From IMG/VR virus record IMGVR_UViG_3300028241_002116: 20,000 nucleotides of DNA; one strand, written 5' to 3'. Shown here in pieces: positions 17,391 through 20,000 of this stretch (the stretch's first letter is position 1; every line of letters begins with the position of its first letter). Position numbers and translations under genes: made by a program. Source of the DNA: an uncultured virus (IMG/VR IMGVR_UViG_3300028241_002116) (taxonomy: Duplodnaviria; Heunggongvirae; Uroviricota; Caudoviricetes). Under the pieces are notes generated by a model that did not search any database, was not told the origin of the DNA, and was given only the letters and a program-made list of their open reading frames with translations.

Positions 17391-18565
17391 GTTTGTATAT
17401 AAGAAAATATATGTGCTATTACGTCTACAGTCCATCCGTTGCCTAAACATTTATATTGCTGAGAATTACTGATTATATTATTGCCATTTTCATCTTTAAA
17501 ATAATTATCCGGTACTGTTTGCAATCTGCAACATTCTAACGGTGTCAATTTTCTCCATGTGATATTATCAGTGGTTGCATCAAGCCCGAATCTTTCAGAC
17601 CTCAATGTCGGTGATTTTTCATTATAAATTCTTTCCGCTCTATTATTATAGATTGAATCTTTTATAGCTATTTTCGGCTCATGATGTCCGCCCTGACAAG
17701 TATTTAAACAAGGGCTTTTCCCTTCGACTGAATAAACTCTTTTTATTGAGTCGGTACCTTTTAAATCAGCTTTTCCTATTTCAATACACAAACTATCTTT
17801 ACTTACGCTCGTTAAAGCGTTTGATTTTCCGGTTTCGTTTATTTCTAATTTTTGTTGAGTATTTTTTATTTCTCCACGTCCGCGGATTGCGCCGCCGGTT
17901 ATAATTCCTTGATGTATTCCTTTTTCTAAATATCTGTCAGGTGTAAATTTTCCATCATATCCGGCAAGCAGACAACAACTTTTATTTCTGTCAACTTCTC
18001 CATTCTCAATAATATCCTTCAACAAAATTCCTTTATCTTTCGGCTGCGTAATCCCCTGTATATTTGTCCAGTATAACCGCCGTCTATTTTGTGCGCTGAC
18101 TAAAGCTGAATTTATTTCAATCGGTTCAAGCCTGCCGGTTCTGAAAAGTTCAGTCTGATGCACACATTCAGGATAAATCTCTCCTAATATTCCGCTGATA
18201 ACATCATTGTATTCAGCTTTCATAATTACATTTTCAAGTAAAAAATATTTCGGTTTGTAATGTTTGAGAATATCAACAAAAGTAAAAAATAGTTTTGACC
18301 GTTCATCTTCAAAATTTAATTGCTTACCGGCAAAACTAAAACCCTGGCATGGGGAACCACCAATTATTATATCAGGTTGCTCGATATTCCATGATTGCCA
18401 TTCTGTTATACTACCAAGCTGAACAGTATCGGGATAATTTGCCATAGTTACTTGAATTGCATATTTATCAATCTCACTTGCATAATATTTTTCTATCGGT
18501 ATTCCTGCACGTTCAAAAGCAATTTGACCACACGACATCCCGTCGAAGAGACTTAACACCACCAT
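17378..18565 (-). CDS. C5-cytosine DNA methyltransferase
   Basis: LSLFDG, GGSPCQ, FLLENV, AQNRRRLYW, RKLTPLEC.RLQ and LGNGW. Confidence 0.95.
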   Translation of the reverse strand: MVVLSLFDGMSCGQIAFERAGIPIEKYYASEIDKYAIQVTMANYPDTVQLGSITEWQSWNIEQPDIIIGGSPCQGFSFAGKQLNFEDERSKLFFTFVDILKHYKPKYFLLENVIMKAEYNDVISGILGEIYPECVHQTELFRTGRLEPIEINSALVSAQNRRRLYWTNIQGITQPKDKGILLKDIIENGEVDRNKSCCLLAGYDGKFTPDRYLEKGIHQGIITGGAIRGRGEIKNTQQKLEINETGKSNALTSVSKDSLCIEIGKADLKGTDSIKRVYSVEGKSPCLNTCQGGHHEPKIAIKDSIYNNRAERIYNEKSPTLRSERFGLDATTDNITWRKLTPLECCRLQTVPDNYFKDENGNNIISNSQQYKCLGNGWTVDVIAHIFSYIQTKKP

Positions 18566-18587
18566 ATATTTTTATAGATTTCCTTTT

Positions 18588-18806
18588 TTATAATCCGAAG
18601 CTTTTAGCACAATTTTCAGCGGCACTTATACCACCTTCCTTTACACAGGCTATACCAATATTTATTTCTCTATTCCAATCCCTTTTACTCATTTCGGATA
18701 GAGACTGACCGGGGAGCATAACATAAGCCAGAACATGACGTGGATCAATATTTATCCTGTTTTTCTTTTCCAGTTCTTCTTTTACGATGTTTAAATAATA
18801 ATTCAT
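18588..18806 (-). CDS. Hypothetical protein
   Basis: aaggag RBS at 18818-18813 and an upstream promoter. Confidence 0.7.
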   Translation of the reverse strand: MNYYLNIVKEELEKKNRINIDPRHVLAYVMLPGQSLSEMSKRDWNREINIGIACVKEGGISAAENCAKSFGL

Positions 18807-18834
18807 AAAAAGTCTCCTTGTTTTTAATTATTAA

Positions 18835-18863
18835 ACATTATATTTTTCAAGATTATTTGTCAA
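18835..18863 (-). promoter_or_regulatory. Sigma70 promoter driving the small ORF and C5-MTase
   Basis: TTGACA (18863-18858)-17 bp-TAATGT (18840-18835). Confidence 0.7.
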
Positions 18864-18943
18864 TAATAATATGTAAAAAATATTCACTTTTTATATTTTT
18901 CATCAATTTTAATTCAAATTTGAATAATCATAACATACAGTAT

Positions 18944-19651
18944 TTAATTAAAAGTCAATCCGTAGCCGTTTTTTATTTTTTTCAAAATTCCTTTTTTGAC
19001 CATATCATTTAATATCTTGGTTCTGAGCGTGGAGGAAAGTCGTGGTGTTTTCTGCTCTATATCCGATAAAGACATTTCAGCTTCAGGATTATTGTCAAAA
19101 ATTAAAGTTTCAATAAGCTCTGAGAAGTATTGCTCAATGGTTAAACCATTATATTCAAATAGCATATTTTCAAGTCTTTCAAAAAGTAAAGCTTTTGATT
19201 TAAAACTTTCCGCAATCTTCCACGATTCTTCTTTATGATTAGATAATACATTGTTATCAATAGCCAATCTTCTTTTTTCTCTGATTTCTAATTGAAGTTG
19301 TTTTTCTTTTTCTTCAAGAAGTTTATTGATTGCTGTTTTTAAATTCTTTTCTGACTCAATAAGTTTTTTTCTTAAATCTCCAGCCTTTTCATTGTTTTCA
19401 CCAGTTGCTATTAATATCGCTGCAATTTTTGAAAAATAATATTCCTGAAGTGGTCTTCCATTTTCTGTTTTTTCAGAAACAATAATATAATCCTGATGTT
19501 CTATAAAATTATATTTTTCAATTCGATCTTTAATCCACGTTGAAAAATCTTTTCCAATTTCAAAAAATGAATGCAATCCCCTGGCATTTACTGTATCAAT
19601 TCCCTCTTTTTCTGAGAACTCAATTTCATTAGAAATCATTAAATCATTCAT
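18944..19651 (-). CDS. antA: AntA/AntB-family antirepressor with coiled coil and C-terminal winged-helix-like domain
   Basis: VNARGLHSFFEIGKDFSTWIKDRIEKYNFIEHQDY...GRP..EYY is the AntA signature. C-terminal LNDMVKKGILKKIKNGY is wHTH-like. Confidence 0.85.
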   Translation of the reverse strand: MNDLMISNEIEFSEKEGIDTVNARGLHSFFEIGKDFSTWIKDRIEKYNFIEHQDYIIVSEKTENGRPLQEYYFSKIAAILIATGENNEKAGDLRKKLIESEKNLKTAINKLLEEKEKQLQLEIREKRRLAIDNNVLSNHKEESWKIAESFKSKALLFERLENMLFEYNGLTIEQYFSELIETLIFDNNPEAEMSLSDIEQKTPRLSSTLRTKILNDMVKKGILKKIKNGYGLTFN

Positions 19652-19670
19652 GTTTATACCACCTTAAATT

Positions 19671-19776
19671 AAAAAAGGCTATTTACCAACAGACCGTTTC
19701 CGGTTAGCCCCTGTTTGATAAATAGCCTTTAATTTTAAAACATACAGGTAAGGGGCTATCAAACCTCTATGTTTTA
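19671..19776 (-). ncRNA. Structured cis-regulatory leader with the same architecture as 4851-4981
   Basis: On -: taaaacatagaggt-ttga-TAGCCCCT-t-acctgtatgtttta; linker; aaaggctatttatcaaac-AGGGGCTA-accg gaaa cggt-ctgttggtaaatagccttt-ttt. Confidence 0.65.
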
Positions 19777-19783
19777 TATATGG

Positions 19784-19811
19784 AATATATATCATTACAT
19801 AGTATTGTCAA
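19784..19811 (-). promoter_or_regulatory. Sigma70 promoter for the antA leader
   Basis: TTGACA (19811-19806)-16 bp-TATATT (19789-19784). Confidence 0.55.
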
Positions 19812-19825
19812 TATTTTTTTAAAAA

Positions 19826-19968
19826 GGTTTTCGCTAATTTTAGCGAAAAGGTTAAATTAAATTACAAATTACCATTTTTATTTTCAGGGGGTTTTCCCCA
19901 ATTTTGGGGAAAAGGTCAGATTAAATTACAAATTACCGAAAAAATTTTTTAATAAATTACAAATTACC
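19826..19968. repeat. Two 48-bp palindrome-containing repeat units plus a third copy of a 16-bp direct repeat
   Basis: Units 19826-19873 and 19890-19937; taaattacaaattacc at 19858, 19922 and 19953. Confidence 0.9.
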
Positions 19969-20000
19969 ATCAGTTCTATTTAAGAAAATTCTAAAGCTCA

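Noticed and set aside
276..19238. Short antisense or alternate-frame ORFs in the track (e.g. 276-491, 1029-1220, 1242-1427, 2162-2419, 2864-3091, 7030-7218, 7135-7359, 7781-8068, 10040-10243, 10797-11000, 12627-12845, 13597-13782, 14340-14591, 14809-15036, 15285-15488, 16665-17009, 18457-18708, 18818-19012, 18996-19238)
   Set aside because: They overlap better-supported genes or regulatory DNA and lack RBSs and motifs; treated as shadow ORFs.
19826..19968. Mini-CRISPR array
   Set aside because: Only two full units, a 16-nt gap, and variation lying inside the palindrome; no cas genes in the window.
1..20000. Alternative genetic code or programmed frameshift
   Set aside because: Long genes are intact under the standard code with dense coding; no split conserved domains were seen.

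Overview
This AT-rich window is a bacteriophage or prophage early/replication region. It shows no structural genes, rRNA, tRNA or CRISPR array. A divergent small regulator (truncated at the window start) is followed by a long rightward run: a Cas4-like PD-(D/E)XK nuclease, a YopX-like protein, an MT-A70 methyltransferase, an HU/IHF-like protein, a PIF1-like SF1 helicase, an SF2 helicase split in its Walker A motif by an HNH-carrying intein, a NUMOD4-HNH endonuclease, a Prim-Pol primase-helicase, a DEDDh exonuclease, two more amino-methyltransferases, a minimal ferredoxin-thioredoxin-reductase-like protein, many small ORFs and a tyrosine recombinase. Converging from the right are a C5-cytosine methyltransferase and an AntA-type antirepressor. 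The most notable non-coding signal is two 5' leaders (4851-4981 on +, 19671-19776 on -) that share one architecture: two hairpins, a loop-junction pseudoknot and a terminator-like U-tract. Their pairing sequences differ completely. A second signal is a pair of co-varying palindrome repeat units upstream of antA. All calls come from motif reading by eye; no database searches or folding programs were run.
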